Notes: generated by a model from the sequence alone, not told the origin. Counted from the stretch's first letter, positions 14,902 to 25,920 are shown. The stretch: 30,539 nucleotides of DNA from Kofleriaceae bacterium (GCA_046597055.1 JBKJLC010000201.1:1-30539); one strand, 5' to 3'. Program-made: numbers and translations.

Positions 14902-17070
14902 ATGATCGCCGAGTGGTTCAACCGCGCCCGCGTCGGCGAGTTGACCCTGCTGCTCGATCTCGACGGCACCCTGGTTCCGTTCGCGGCCACCCCCGAGCTG
15001 GCGGTGGTCGACGGCAGCGCGCTCGAGCTGCTCGGCAGCCTGGCCGAGACCACGCACGTCGCGGTGGTCTCGGGCCGACCCGAGGCGATGCTTGCCGATC
15101 TGGCGGCCCGGATGCCGAAGGTGACCTGGGTCGGCGAGCACGGCGCGTGGCGGGCGGTCCAGGGCCGCGGCGCCCCGGTGTTCGCCCCGACCCCCGAACT
15201 CGACGATCTCGAGCACGTGCTGCGCGCGCTGGCGGCGAGCGCGGCCGGCGCGCTGATCGAGCGCAAGCGCTGCTCGGTGTGCCTGCACTGGCGGATGGTC
15301 GCGCCCGGCACGCGCGAGGCCCTGATCGCGACCGCCGAGACCCGCGCCGACGAGTGGCTGGAGATCCACGGCGACTTCGAGCGGATCGACGGGGTCGAGA
15401 ACCTCGAGATCCGCCATCGCGCGGTGCACAAGGGCACCGCGGTGATGTGGATGCGCGCCTGTTATCCGGGCGCGCGCATGCTCGCGATCGGTGACGACGT
15501 CACCGATGCCGACCTGTTCGCCAGCCTGGCGCCCGACGACCTCGGCATCGCGGTCGGCAGCGGCCAGCGCACCCGGGCGCGCGGCCGGCTCGACGGCGTG
15601 CCCGAGGTCCGGGCGCTGCTCGGCTGGCTGCGCGCCGCGCGCGCCGGCGCGCCGCTCGATCCGCCGGCGATGGTGCATCCGACCGCGCCGGCCGCGCCGC
15701 GCGCGCCGCAGCGGCTGCTGGTCGTGTCCAACCGGCTGCCGGCGGCGCCGTCGCGGGGCGGTCGCCAGCGCGAGGTCGGTGGCCTGGCCTCGGCGCTGGA
15801 GCTGGCGCTGCGCCGCCACGACGGCGTGTGGCTGGGCTGGAGCGGGCGCGAGCGCGACCCCGGCCTGTCGCTCGACGTCGACCTCGATGCCTCGCCGCCG
15901 CGCGCGCACTTCGACTATCCGGACGGCTGGCGCTCCACCTTCTACGGTGGGTTCTGCAACCGCAGCCTGTGGCCGCTGCTGCACTGTCTGCCGTCGCGAG
16001 CCCGGTTCGTCGACGAGGAGTGGCGCGCGTACATCGAGGCCAACCGCGCCTACGCCAAGCTCTCGACCGAGCTGGTCGAGCGCGACGCCGCGGTGTGGGC
16101 CCAGGACTACCACCTGCTGCTCATGGCCCAGGAGCTGCGCCGGCTTGGCCACACCGGCCGGCTCGGCATGTTTCTCCACGTGCCGTTTCCACCCAAGGAC
16201 GTCTTCGACACCCTGCCGTGGGCGCGCGCGCTGCTCGCCGCGATGCTCGAGTACGACGTGATCGGCTTCCAGACCCGCGGCTGGGCCCGCAACTTCACCG
16301 ACTGCGTCGAGCAGCTGCTGGGCGCGCGTCGCCTGCGCGAGGGCCAGGTCGGCGTGTTCCCGATCGGCACCGACCCCGACCTGTTCGCGGCGGCCGGCGC
16401 CGCCAGCGATGCGCCCGATGCGTCGGGCCTGCGCCTCCAGCTCGGCGAACGCAAGCTGCTGCTGGGGGTCGATCGGCTCGACTACTCCAAGGGCATCCCG
16501 GCCCGGCTCGAGGCGTTCGCCCGCATGCTCGAGCTGTACCCGGCCTGGCGCGGACAGGTGTCGTTCGTGCAGGTGTCGGTGCCGTCGCGCGCCGACGTGC
16601 CCGAGTACGCCGAGCTCCGCGACCGGGTCGAGCACCTGGTCGGGCGCATCAACGGCAACTTCGGCGAGGCCGACTGGGTGCCGGTCCGCTACCTGTACCG
16701 CTCGTATGCCCCGCCGGTGCTGGCCCAGCTGTACCGCGCCGCCGACGTCGGCTTCGTGACGCCGTTCCGCGACGGCATGAACCTGGTCGCCAAGGAGTTC
16801 GTCGCCGCCCAGGATCCCGAGGATCCCGGCGCGCTGCTCCTGTCGCGGTTCGCGGGCGCCGCCGAGGAGATGACCTCGGCGGTGCTCACCAACCCGTGGC
16901 ACATCGACGGCATGGCGGTCGACCTCGACATCGCGCTGCGGATGTCGCGCGAGGAACGGGTGGCCCGTCACCGCGAGCTGGCGGCGGTGGTCTGGCGCGA
17001 CACCGCCGAGAGCTGGGCCGACACGTTCCTCACCACGCTGGTCGGCAAGCCGCCGGTCGGCGTGCCCTGA
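14902..17070 (+). CDS. Bifunctional trehalose-6-phosphate phosphatase (N-terminal HAD) / trehalose-6-phosphate synthase (C-terminal GT20)
   Basis: HAD motifs DLDGTL, VSGR, EHG, HKG, GDDVTD; GT20 motifs [53 protein letters not shown]. Confidence 0.93.
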   Translation: MIAEWFNRARVGELTLLLDLDGTLVPFAATPELAVVDGSALELLGSLAETTHVAVVSGRPEAMLADLAARMPKVTWVGEHGAWRAVQGRGAPVFAPTPELDDLEHVLRALAASAAGALIERKRCSVCLHWRMVAPGTREALIATAETRADEWLEIHGDFERIDGVENLEIRHRAVHKGTAVMWMRACYPGARMLAIGDDVTDADLFASLAPDDLGIAVGSGQRTRARGRLDGVPEVRALLGWLRAARAGAPLDPPAMVHPTAPAAPRAPQRLLVVSNRLPAAPSRGGRQREVGGLASALELALRRHDGVWLGWSGRERDPGLSLDVDLDASPPRAHFDYPDGWRSTFYGGFCNRSLWPLLHCLPSRARFVDEEWRAYIEANRAYAKLSTELVERDAAVWAQDYHLLLMAQELRRLGHTGRLGMFLHVPFPPKDVFDTLPWARALLAAMLEYDVIGFQTRGWARNFTDCVEQLLGARRLREGQVGVFPIGTDPDLFAAAGAASDAPDASGLRLQLGERKLLLGVDRLDYSKGIPARLEAFARMLELYPAWRGQVSFVQVSVPSRADVPEYAELRDRVEHLVGRINGNFGEADWVPVRYLYRSYAPPVLAQLYRAADVGFVTPFRDGMNLVAKEFVAAQDPEDPGALLLSRFAGAAEEMTSAVLTNPWHIDGMAVDLDIALRMSREERVARHRELAAVVWRDTAESWADTFLTTLVGKPPVGVP

Positions 17071-17146
17071 CGTTCGATCGGCTCACCGGTCGGATGCGCA
17101 CGTTCGCGCTGGCGACGTCGGCCCGGCAAGGCGACAGTCGCCGCGC

Positions 17147-17500
17147 ATGGGCATCCTGGTCGGCACGAACCGCACGCTGATCGGATTGCTACGTCGATGG
17201 TTCCTCGTGCTGGTGGCCATCGGCGCGGCGATCACGGGCTGGATGCTCGGCGACCTGCTCGCGAACCCGCACGAGCGCGAGGCTCGCCGGCTGCGCGACC
17301 AGGTGCTCGCGCACGCCCGCACGGATCCGGCGGCCGCGCTCGAGCGCTACGGCACGCTGCGTACGCTGGTGGTCGGTCATCCGCGCGAGCGCGCGCTGCC
17401 GGCCTATCTGCTGTCGGCCGCGCGCATGCTGCTGACATGCTCGCTCCCACCCGGGTGGTCGGATCTGCTGACGTCCGACCTCGAGCGCTACGCCCCGTGA
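17147..17500 (+). CDS. Small hypothetical membrane protein
   Basis: ORF fills an intergenic gap; one hydrophobic segment WFLVLVAIGAAITGWMLG. Confidence 0.5.
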   Translation: MGILVGTNRTLIGLLRRWFLVLVAIGAAITGWMLGDLLANPHEREARRLRDQVLAHARTDPAAALERYGTLRTLVVGHPRERALPAYLLSAARMLLTCSLPPGWSDLLTSDLERYAP

Positions 17501-17522
17501 CGGCTCGGCGGCTGGCATTCCC

Positions 17523-17912
17523 TCAGTCGCAGCCTGGCGTCGTGGCGATGGCGCCGCTTGGGTCGACCGTGAACGTCGCCATGCCGAGGCTCGGGCCCAT
17601 CGACGCCCGCACCTTGTAGGTCGCGCCGGCGACCAGCGGGCCGCACCCGGTCAGCGTGTACGCGGAGTGCGCGTCGCCGTAGCGCCAGGTCGTGCCGAGC
17701 CCGGGGCCCGAGCGCTTCGTCCACGCCAGCGTGCACACCGGCTGGTCGACACCGACCCGGGTCACGGTCAGGTCCTTGAGTGGGAGGATCTGACCCGCTT
17801 GCATGCAGTTGATCAGGTCGATCTGGGCGGCGTCGAGGCGACCGCTGACCACGATCGCGGCCCGGGGCTCACACGCGGGCAGTCCCAGCAGGCACAGCAG
17901 GTAGCGCGTCAT
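17523..17912 (-). CDS. Hypothetical Cys-containing lipoprotein
   Basis: Lipobox-like MTRYLLCLLGLPAC; beta-rich mature part with 4 further Cys. Confidence 0.65.
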   Translation of the reverse strand: MTRYLLCLLGLPACEPRAAIVVSGRLDAAQIDLINCMQAGQILPLKDLTVTRVGVDQPVCTLAWTKRSGPGLGTTWRYGDAHSAYTLTGCGPLVAGATYKVRASMGPSLGMATFTVDPSGAIATTPGCD

Positions 17913-18117
17913 GGGTTCAGTGTGAGGCACGTCCCGGAGAATCACCGGCGGTAACCCGCGCCAGGTCCCGTCCCTGCCGGATCACGCCAGCGCGGTGAGC
18001 GGCTTGCCGGCTCGTGCCACGACCCGATGCGATAGCGCCCGGCGTGAGCTGCGCCTCACCGACGACGTGCCGCCGGCGCCGCCGGCGCCGCTGGCGCCGC
18101 CGCCGCGGCGCTGACGG

Positions 18118-19782
<1,665 letters not shown>

Positions 19783-19880
19783 GCGCCAGGCTATCGCGGC
19801 GCTCCCGAAACGACCACGGCCGCACCGACGAGGTCGGCACGGCCGCGGGACAGGCATGGCCGGCGTGCGCCGGCCACCTC

Positions 19881-20348
19881 TCAGCCGCCGGGGGGCGGGG
19901 GCGGGGGCGGTGCGCCGCCAACGCCAGCCGGGGCCGGGGCGCCGCCGCACTGGTAGTGTACGCGCCACTCGACCGCGTTACGCGTGCTGGTCTGCGCGCT
20001 GGTGCTCTCGCCACCACGGGTGGTGGATCCGCCGGCAGTCGACGAGCTGTTGCCGCTGGTCGAGGTGCCCTCGCCGTAGGCGGTGTCCTCGCCGTACTCC
20101 TTGTCTTCGTTGTGGAAGGTGTCCTGTCCGATGACTTCTTCACCCTCCTGCGTGATCTGGTAGTTGGTGGGGCCGCAGTGGCGTTGCATCTCCCCGTGGG
20201 CCTGCTCCATCGCCTTGCCGCGATCGCCCTGCAGCGCGATCACGCCGCCGTACTGGTTACGGTTGATGACGCGGGCTGAGCCGCATCCCGCGAGAAGCGC
20301 CGCGGTGAGCGCAGCGCAAAAGAGGCCAAGACCGGTCTTGCCAAACAT
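19881..20348 (-). CDS. Hypothetical lipoprotein with a Ser/Thr/Gly-rich loop and a Pro-rich tail
   Basis: LAGC lipobox; GAAGGA SD; two further Cys (RHCG, YQCG). Confidence 0.85.
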   Translation of the reverse strand: MFGKTGLGLFCAALTAALLAGCGSARVINRNQYGGVIALQGDRGKAMEQAHGEMQRHCGPTNYQITQEGEEVIGQDTFHNEDKEYGEDTAYGEGTSTSGNSSSTAGGSTTRGGESTSAQTSTRNAVEWRVHYQCGGAPAPAGVGGAPPPPPPPGG

Positions 20349-20385
20349 TCAATTCAATCCTTCCATGACGGGGCCGACGTCTTGC

Positions 20386-20414
20386 ACATTATTACAGGTG
20401 GGCCGCCACATCAA
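20386..20414 (-). promoter_or_regulatory. Sigma70-type promoter of the lipoprotein gene
   Basis: TTGATG-17 nt-TAATGT on the minus strand in an AT-rich patch. Confidence 0.55.
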
Positions 20415-20681
20415 CCGACCATGATGAGGGTCACGGCGACGGGCAGCCTCGGGCGAGATGGGGCAACGCGTCGAGTCCACGATCGACCGGGTCGCGGGGT
20501 TTCCGGCGCGGCCTGGCTGACGCGACTGCGCGCATCGAGCTGCCCGCGCGCCACCGTCGCGCGCTCGCGCTCGCGTACGTCGTGAAGGTCCGCACCACCG
20601 TCGCCGGGCTCCGATGAACGGGAGTCGTCGGGGTTCGGCCGCGGCCCGCGTCAACCGCCGGGATCAGTGGTACACGGCAGC

Positions 20682-21626
20682 GTGACCGCGCCACCCGAGC
20701 TAGCCGCCGACATGCTGGCGAACCGCCTGGTGCGCAACCGCCGGCACCTCGGGCGATGGGCGCGGCGCGAGCACGTGACCTGCTGGCGACCGTACGATCG
20801 CGACATCCCCGACGTGCCGGTGACGATCGACGACTACGAGGGGGCGCTGGTGATCGCCGACGTGCGCCGCGCCGCGGTCGGCGAGGAGCTCGACCCGGTG
20901 TGGCTCGAGCGCGTGGTCGCCGCGGCTGGCACCACCGACGTGTTCGTCAAGGAGCGCCGGCGGATGGCCGACCGCCGCGAGACCGGCGCGCAGTACCAGC
21001 GGCTCGGCGAGGGCCGGGCCTGGCGCGAGGTCGGCGAGGGCGGGCGCCGGTTCCTGGTCAACCTGTCGGACTACCTCGACACCGGGCTGTTCCTCGATCA
21101 CCGCCGCACGCGTGCGCTGGTCGCCGAGGAGGCCTCGGGCAAGCGCGTGCTCAACCTGTTCTGCTACACGGGCGCGTTCACGGTGTACGCGGCGACCGCG
21201 GGCGCTACGTCGAGCATGTCGGTCGATCTGTCGAACACGTACCTCGACTGGGCCGCCGAGAACCTGCGTCGCAACGGCATCGACCACGGCCGCCACCTGC
21301 TCGAGCGCGCCGACGTGCTGGCCTGGCTCAGCGCGTACCGCGGGCCCAAGTTCGATCTGGTCGTGTGCGATCCGCCGACGTTCTCGAACTCCAAGAAGAT
21401 GACCGACAGCTTCGACGTGCTGCGCGACCACGTCGAGCTGCTCGCCGGGGTCGAGCGGGTGTGCAACCGGTCCGCGGTGGTGTGGTTCTCCACCAACCAC
21501 CGCGGCTTCCGGCTCGACGATCGCGCCCTGCCGGGCTGGACCCGGGTCGATCGGAACCACGACACGCTGCCGCCCGACTTCGAGTACAGCCGCCCGCATC
21601 GCGCCTGGCGCTTCGCGCGCGGCTAG
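20682..21626 (+). CDS. Stand-alone RlmK-like class I SAM-dependent rRNA methyltransferase (resembles the C-terminal half of RlmKL)
   Basis: NRLVRNRRHLGRWARRE, YDRDIPD, VNLSDYLDTGLFLDHR, LNLFCYTG, VDLSNTYLDWA, DPPTFSNSKKM. Confidence 0.9.
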   Translation: MTAPPELAADMLANRLVRNRRHLGRWARREHVTCWRPYDRDIPDVPVTIDDYEGALVIADVRRAAVGEELDPVWLERVVAAAGTTDVFVKERRRMADRRETGAQYQRLGEGRAWREVGEGGRRFLVNLSDYLDTGLFLDHRRTRALVAEEASGKRVLNLFCYTGAFTVYAATAGATSSMSVDLSNTYLDWAAENLRRNGIDHGRHLLERADVLAWLSAYRGPKFDLVVCDPPTFSNSKKMTDSFDVLRDHVELLAGVERVCNRSAVVWFSTNHRGFRLDDRALPGWTRVDRNHDTLPPDFEYSRPHRAWRFARG

Positions 21627-21638
21627 CGCCGGCGGATA

Positions 21639-21686
21639 CGCCCGATGCCCGACGGGCGCCCTCCGGATCCCGTGCGGCGCATCCGG
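21639..21686. terminator. Two GC-rich hairpins between convergent genes
   Basis: CGCCCG..CGGGCG (21639-21658) and CCGGAT..ATCCGG (21663-21686); no U-tract. Confidence 0.3.
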
Positions 21687-21715
21687 TGTTCCCGAGGCTG
21701 GTGCCGGCCCGGCGT

Positions 21716-22363
21716 CTACGGGCGGTCGATCGCCAGGCCGGCGGCGACCTGCTGCAGCACGGTGTCGGCGGCGACCGCGACCCGCGGCGCCACCTCGGCG
21801 AGCACGCGCGCGATCGTCGCCTGCTCGTCGCCGGTCGGCGCCAGCAGCCGGCGGCCGGCGAGCACGCGAAACAGCCGGGCCGCCACCGACGCCGGCCGGC
21901 GCAGATCGTCGGGCACGCCGTGCTCGCGCAGGCGCTGGTGCAGCCACCCGAACCGGTCGGCATCGCCGTCGTGCTTCCAGGTGACCGGCGCCGGATCGAC
22001 CGCGAGCGCGGCGAGGTACGCGTCGCGATGGCGCGGCTCGTCGAGCAGGATGCCGTCGAGCAGCAGCTCGACGCCGACGTGGGCGGCGGCGCGGGTCGGG
22101 CCGCGCCGGCACCCGCGCGCGGTCAAGCGGCCTGCCACGTCGCGGAACAGGCCCAGCACCGCCGGCGCGTGGTGGAACACGCCGTCGGTCGCGTGGTGCA
22201 GCGCGATGCCGCGCGCGATCGCGTGGTGATCGGCGCCGGCCAGTCGGGCCCCGCTCATCGACGCGAAGTCCGGCAGCATCGCGCCCAGCGCGACCGCGCC
22301 GAGCTCGCGGTCATCGTCCAGGCCCTGCCACGACGCGACCACGGCGTGGCCGAAGTAGTTCAC
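21716..22363 (-). CDS. ACP phosphodiesterase (AcpH)-like protein
   Basis: MNYFGH start, LGAMLPDF and GIALHHATDGVFH resemble the AcpH metal-binding motifs; divergent. Confidence 0.7.
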   Translation of the reverse strand: MNYFGHAVVASWQGLDDDRELGAVALGAMLPDFASMSGARLAGADHHAIARGIALHHATDGVFHHAPAVLGLFRDVAGRLTARGCRRGPTRAAAHVGVELLLDGILLDEPRHRDAYLAALAVDPAPVTWKHDGDADRFGWLHQRLREHGVPDDLRRPASVAARLFRVLAGRRLLAPTGDEQATIARVLAEVAPRVAVAADTVLQQVAAGLAIDRP

Positions 22364-22405
22364 GCCCATGGGTAGCACGCGGATCGGGTGCTACCTTCGC
22401 CCGCG

Positions 22406-23854
22406 ATGGGCCCGCTGGTGGTCGGTCTCGACCTCGGCACGCAGAGCCTCAAGGCGGTCGTGTGCGGGCCCGATCTGCGCGTGCTCGGCACCGGCCGGGT
22501 CGCGTGCACACCGCGCTATCCGCAACCGGGCTGGGCCGAGCAAGATCCGGCGGCCTGGCTGGCTGCCCTCGGGCCCGCGATCGCGCAGGCGCTGGCCGTC
22601 GCCGGTCGCGCCCCGGCCGAGGTGGTGGCGCTGGCGGTGGTCGGCCAGCTCGACGGCATGATCGCGGTCGACGCCGGCGGCGCCGCGCTCGGCCCGTGCC
22701 TCATCTGGCTCGATCGCCGCGCCGGGGGCGCGCTGCCCGGGCTCGACGCCGCGCGGTTGCTCGCGACCACCGGCCAGATCGCCGACCCGTCGCACCTGGC
22801 CGCCAAGGCGCGCTGGTGGGACCGCCATCACCCACATCCACGCGCGGCCGCTTTTCACCAGCCGGTGTCGTTCGTGGTCGAGGCGCTCACCGGCGCGCGC
22901 GTGCTGGATCCGGCGCTCGCGTCGACGACGATGCTCCACGACCTGGACGCCGGCGGCTGGGCGCCCTGGCTGTGCGACGCGTTCGAGCTGGAGCCCACGC
23001 GCCTGCCGGCGATCGCGCCTGCGCACACGGTCGCGGGGCAGCTCACCGTGGCGGGCGCGGCGCGCACGGGCTTGCCGGTCGGGACCGTGGTTGCGGTCGG
23101 CACCGGCGACGACTTCGCGACGCCGCTGGGCGCCGGCCTCGCGCCCGGCACGCTCGCGGTGTGCCTCGGCACCGCCGAGGTGGTCGGCGCCCTGACCCCG
23201 GTGGCGCTGCGCGATCCGGCGCGCCTGGTCGAGACCCACGCGTATCCCGGCGGCGGCTTCTTCGTCGAGCACCCGGGCTGGGTCTCGGGTGGGGCGGTGA
23301 CCTGGCTGGGCGGGCTGCTCGGGCTCGACGGCGCGGCGTTCGACCGGGCCGCTGGCCAGGCGCCACCGGGCGCCGATGGCGTCCGGGTCCTGCCCGCGTT
23401 CGGGGGCGCGATGACGCCGGTGTGGAATCCCGCGGTGCTCGGCGCCTTCGTCGGGCTGACGCCGAGCCACGGCGCTCCTCACCTGTGCCGGGCGCTGTAC
23501 GAGGCGTGCGCCTACGCGATGCGCGACGTCGCCGATCGCCTCGGTGCCCTTGGCCTCGCGCTCACCCGCGCCCGCCTGCTCGGCGGCGGGGCCCGGGCCC
23601 GGGTCTGGGCCCAGCTGCGCGCCGATGTCCTCGGGGTGCCGGTCGAGCTCGCTGGCGATCCCGACACCGGTCCGATCGGCGCGGCCTTGCTCGCCGCGGT
23701 GGCCGCCGGGCTCCACCCCGACATCGCCGCCGCCAGCGCCGGGTTACCCCCGCCGGCCGAGGTGTTGACGCCGGATCCGGCCGCACGCGAGGGTCACGTC
23801 CGCGGGCATGCGCGATATCGCGCACTCTACGACGCGCTCGCTTCGATGGCGTGA
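22406..23854 (+). CDS. FGGY family carbohydrate kinase (xylulokinase-like)
   Basis: GLDLGTQSLKA, GWAEQDP, GQLDG, IWLDRRA, GTGDD, GGGAR..WAQLRAD. Confidence 0.92.
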   Translation: MGPLVVGLDLGTQSLKAVVCGPDLRVLGTGRVACTPRYPQPGWAEQDPAAWLAALGPAIAQALAVAGRAPAEVVALAVVGQLDGMIAVDAGGAALGPCLIWLDRRAGGALPGLDAARLLATTGQIADPSHLAAKARWWDRHHPHPRAAAFHQPVSFVVEALTGARVLDPALASTTMLHDLDAGGWAPWLCDAFELEPTRLPAIAPAHTVAGQLTVAGAARTGLPVGTVVAVGTGDDFATPLGAGLAPGTLAVCLGTAEVVGALTPVALRDPARLVETHAYPGGGFFVEHPGWVSGGAVTWLGGLLGLDGAAFDRAAGQAPPGADGVRVLPAFGGAMTPVWNPAVLGAFVGLTPSHGAPHLCRALYEACAYAMRDVADRLGALGLALTRARLLGGGARARVWAQLRADVLGVPVELAGDPDTGPIGAALLAAVAAGLHPDIAAASAGLPPPAEVLTPDPAAREGHVRGHARYRALYDALASMA

Positions 23855-23859
23855 CGTCG

Positions 23860-23885
23860 GCTTGCGGTCCGCCGTGACCGCAGGC
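23860..23885 (+). terminator. Hairpin immediately after the FGGY kinase stop
   Basis: GCTTGCGGTC-cgccgt-GACCGCAGGC, 10-bp stem with one G-U pair; no U-tract. Confidence 0.45.
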
Positions 23886-23971
23886 ACGCGACCCCTGGTT
23901 CGCGCGCCCCGCCGCAGCTGTGAGGCATCGCCAGCACGCCTGGGCGCGGCACGGGCTACCGTCACCGCTCG

Positions 23972-24430
23972 ATGTTTCGCCTGGTTCGTACCCTGGCCGT
24001 GCTCGGCCTCGCCCTCGCGCTCGCCGGCTGCCCTGACGACGAGACGCTCGCGTGCGTGGCGGTCGACCCCACCTGCACGCCGCTGTACGCGCCGACCTGG
24101 CCCAACGTGCTCGCCAACACCTTCGCACCCAAGTGCGGCGTGGGTGGCTCGTCTTGCCATGCCGGCGCCGCGCCCAACGGTGGCCTGCACCTCGACGATC
24201 CCGCCCGCGCGCACGCCGACCTCATCGAGCCGGCGCGCGGCCTCGTGATCGCCGGCGATCCGTCGTGCAGCGAGGTCGTGGCGCGGATGCGGGCCAGCTC
24301 GAGCCGGCTGGTGATGCCGCGCGGCAGCCGCCTCGCCAACGCCGAGATCTGCGCGATCGAGCAGTGGATCGCGGCCGGTGCGCCGGGCCCGGCCGATGCC
24401 GGCGTCGATGCTACGGTGGAAGCTCGATGA
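23972..24430 (+). CDS. Putative monoheme c-type cytochrome lipoprotein with an atypical CX6CH motif
   Basis: LAGC lipobox; CGVGGSSCH, GGLHL, VIAGDP, MP (candidate axial Met), IEQWIAAGA; resembles the planctomycete cytochrome c domain. Confidence 0.75.
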   Translation: MFRLVRTLAVLGLALALAGCPDDETLACVAVDPTCTPLYAPTWPNVLANTFAPKCGVGGSSCHAGAAPNGGLHLDDPARAHADLIEPARGLVIAGDPSCSEVVARMRASSSRLVMPRGSRLANAEICAIEQWIAAGAPGPADAGVDATVEAR

Positions 24431-25803
24431 GGTCTGGCATCGTGATCCTGCTCGCCGCGGCCGTGTGCGCCGGTGCCTGCGGCGACGACGGCGACGACGC
24501 GCTGCTGTCGGTCGAGGAGCTGATGAAGCCCGAGGCCTGCATGGCGTGTCACCCCAACCACGTGCGCGAGTGGTCGGGCAGCATGCACGCCTACGCCGCC
24601 GACGATCCGGTCATGCTCGCGATGAACCGGCTCGGCCAGGAGGAGACCGGCGGTCAGCTCGGCGACTTCTGCGTGCAGTGCCATGCGCCGATGGCGCTCC
24701 GGCTGGGCCTCACCACCGACGGCCTCAACCTCGACGAGGTCCCGCAGTGGGCCAAGGGCGTGACCTGCTACTTCTGCCACAACGTGGCCGAGGTCGCCGG
24801 CGATCACAACAACCCCATCCGGCTGGCGATGGACCAGACCATGCGCGGCGGGCTGGCCGATCCGGTGAAGAGCCCGGCCCACCGCACCGCCTACTCCGAG
24901 CTGGTCGACGTCGATCGGCCGGAGTCGTCGCCGATGTGCGGCTCGTGCCACGACATCGTGACGCCGGGCGGCGTCCACCTCGAGCGCACGTTCTCCGAGT
25001 GGAAGGAGACCATCTTCGCGCAGGACAACCCGCGCCAGCACCTGTCGTGCGGCCAGTGCCACATGATCGCCAGCACCGACGTGGTCGCCGAGGCGCCCGG
25101 GCTCGACGTGCCGCTGCGGCCGTTCGGTCGTCGCGAGCACACCTTCGCCGGGCTCGACGTCGCGTTGACGCCGTGGCCCGAGCAGGCCGCCCAGCTCGCG
25201 GCGATCGAGCGCGATCTCAAGGGCACGCTGCAGCCGCGCCTGTGCGTGCTGCCCGCCGCCGGCGGTCGCATCGACTACCGCCTCGACAACGTCGGCGCCG
25301 GCCACATGTTCCCGAGCGGCGCCACCGCCGATCGCCGCGTGTGGATCGAGGTCATCGCCTACGACGCCGCCGGCGAAGTGGTATTCGCGAGCGGCCTGAT
25401 GCCGGCGGGCGCGCCCCCGGTCGATCCCGAGGACCTCGGCGATCCCAACCTCTGGCAGCTGGGCACCGCGTCGCGCGACGCCCAGGGCGCGCCGACCGAG
25501 CTGTTCTGGCGGGTCGCCACCATCGACCACCCCGGCTCGCTGCTCCTGCCCGCGGTCACCACCGATCCGTCGGACCCGCGCTTCTTCCACTCGGTCGAGC
25601 GCTCGTACCCGGTCGCCGGCCTGCTGCCGCGGATCACGCGCGTCACCGCGCGCGTCCTGGCGCGCCCGGTCGCGATGCACCTCCTCGAGGAGCTCGCGAC
25701 CTCGGGCCACCTGGCCACCGATCTGCGTCCGTCGGTCCCGACCCACGTGCTCACCGGGACGATCCGCGAGTGGCGCGTCGGCGGCCCGACCTGCACCGAC
25801 TGA
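24427..25803 (+). CDS. Pentaheme c-type cytochrome lipoprotein (cytochrome c554-like N-terminus)
   Basis: ATGA overlap with the upstream stop; lipobox AGAC; CMACH, CVQCH, CYFCH, CGSCH, CGQCH; EWSGSMHAYA; AGHMFPSG. Confidence 0.92.
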   Translation: MRSGIVILLAAAVCAGACGDDGDDALLSVEELMKPEACMACHPNHVREWSGSMHAYAADDPVMLAMNRLGQEETGGQLGDFCVQCHAPMALRLGLTTDGLNLDEVPQWAKGVTCYFCHNVAEVAGDHNNPIRLAMDQTMRGGLADPVKSPAHRTAYSELVDVDRPESSPMCGSCHDIVTPGGVHLERTFSEWKETIFAQDNPRQHLSCGQCHMIASTDVVAEAPGLDVPLRPFGRREHTFAGLDVALTPWPEQAAQLAAIERDLKGTLQPRLCVLPAAGGRIDYRLDNVGAGHMFPSGATADRRVWIEVIAYDAAGEVVFASGLMPAGAPPVDPEDLGDPNLWQLGTASRDAQGAPTELFWRVATIDHPGSLLLPAVTTDPSDPRFFHSVERSYPVAGLLPRITRVTARVLARPVAMHLLEELATSGHLATDLRPSVPTHVLTGTIREWRVGGPTCTD

Positions 25804-25888
25804 CCCGCTCCCCTGGAGGCTCCCGCGCGAAACCGAGGCGAGGAACGCGGGATGCGAGGCGACGGTCGGGCCCCGAGAAGGCCGGTAT

Positions 25889-25920
25889 CCCTGAGCAAGG
25901 CGCGAAGCCGCGTCGAAGGG
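25889..25920 (+). repeat. REP-like intergenic palindrome of the CCCTGAGC...GTCGAAGGG type
   Basis: CCCTGAGCAAGGCGCGAAGCCGCGTCGAAGGG between convergent genes; one copy in this window, recognised from memory of similar elements. Confidence 0.5.

Noticed and set aside
14797..14902. rsmE and TPP-TPS are in the same frame separated by one TGA (readthrough or selenocysteine)
   Set aside because: RsmE ends at its expected position, a strong promoter lies in the gap, and no SECIS-like hairpin or Cys-equivalent context is evident
18003..18019. TGGCACG on the minus strand as a sigma54 promoter
   Set aside because: The -12 element is not TTGC and the GG-to-GC spacing is 9 rather than 10
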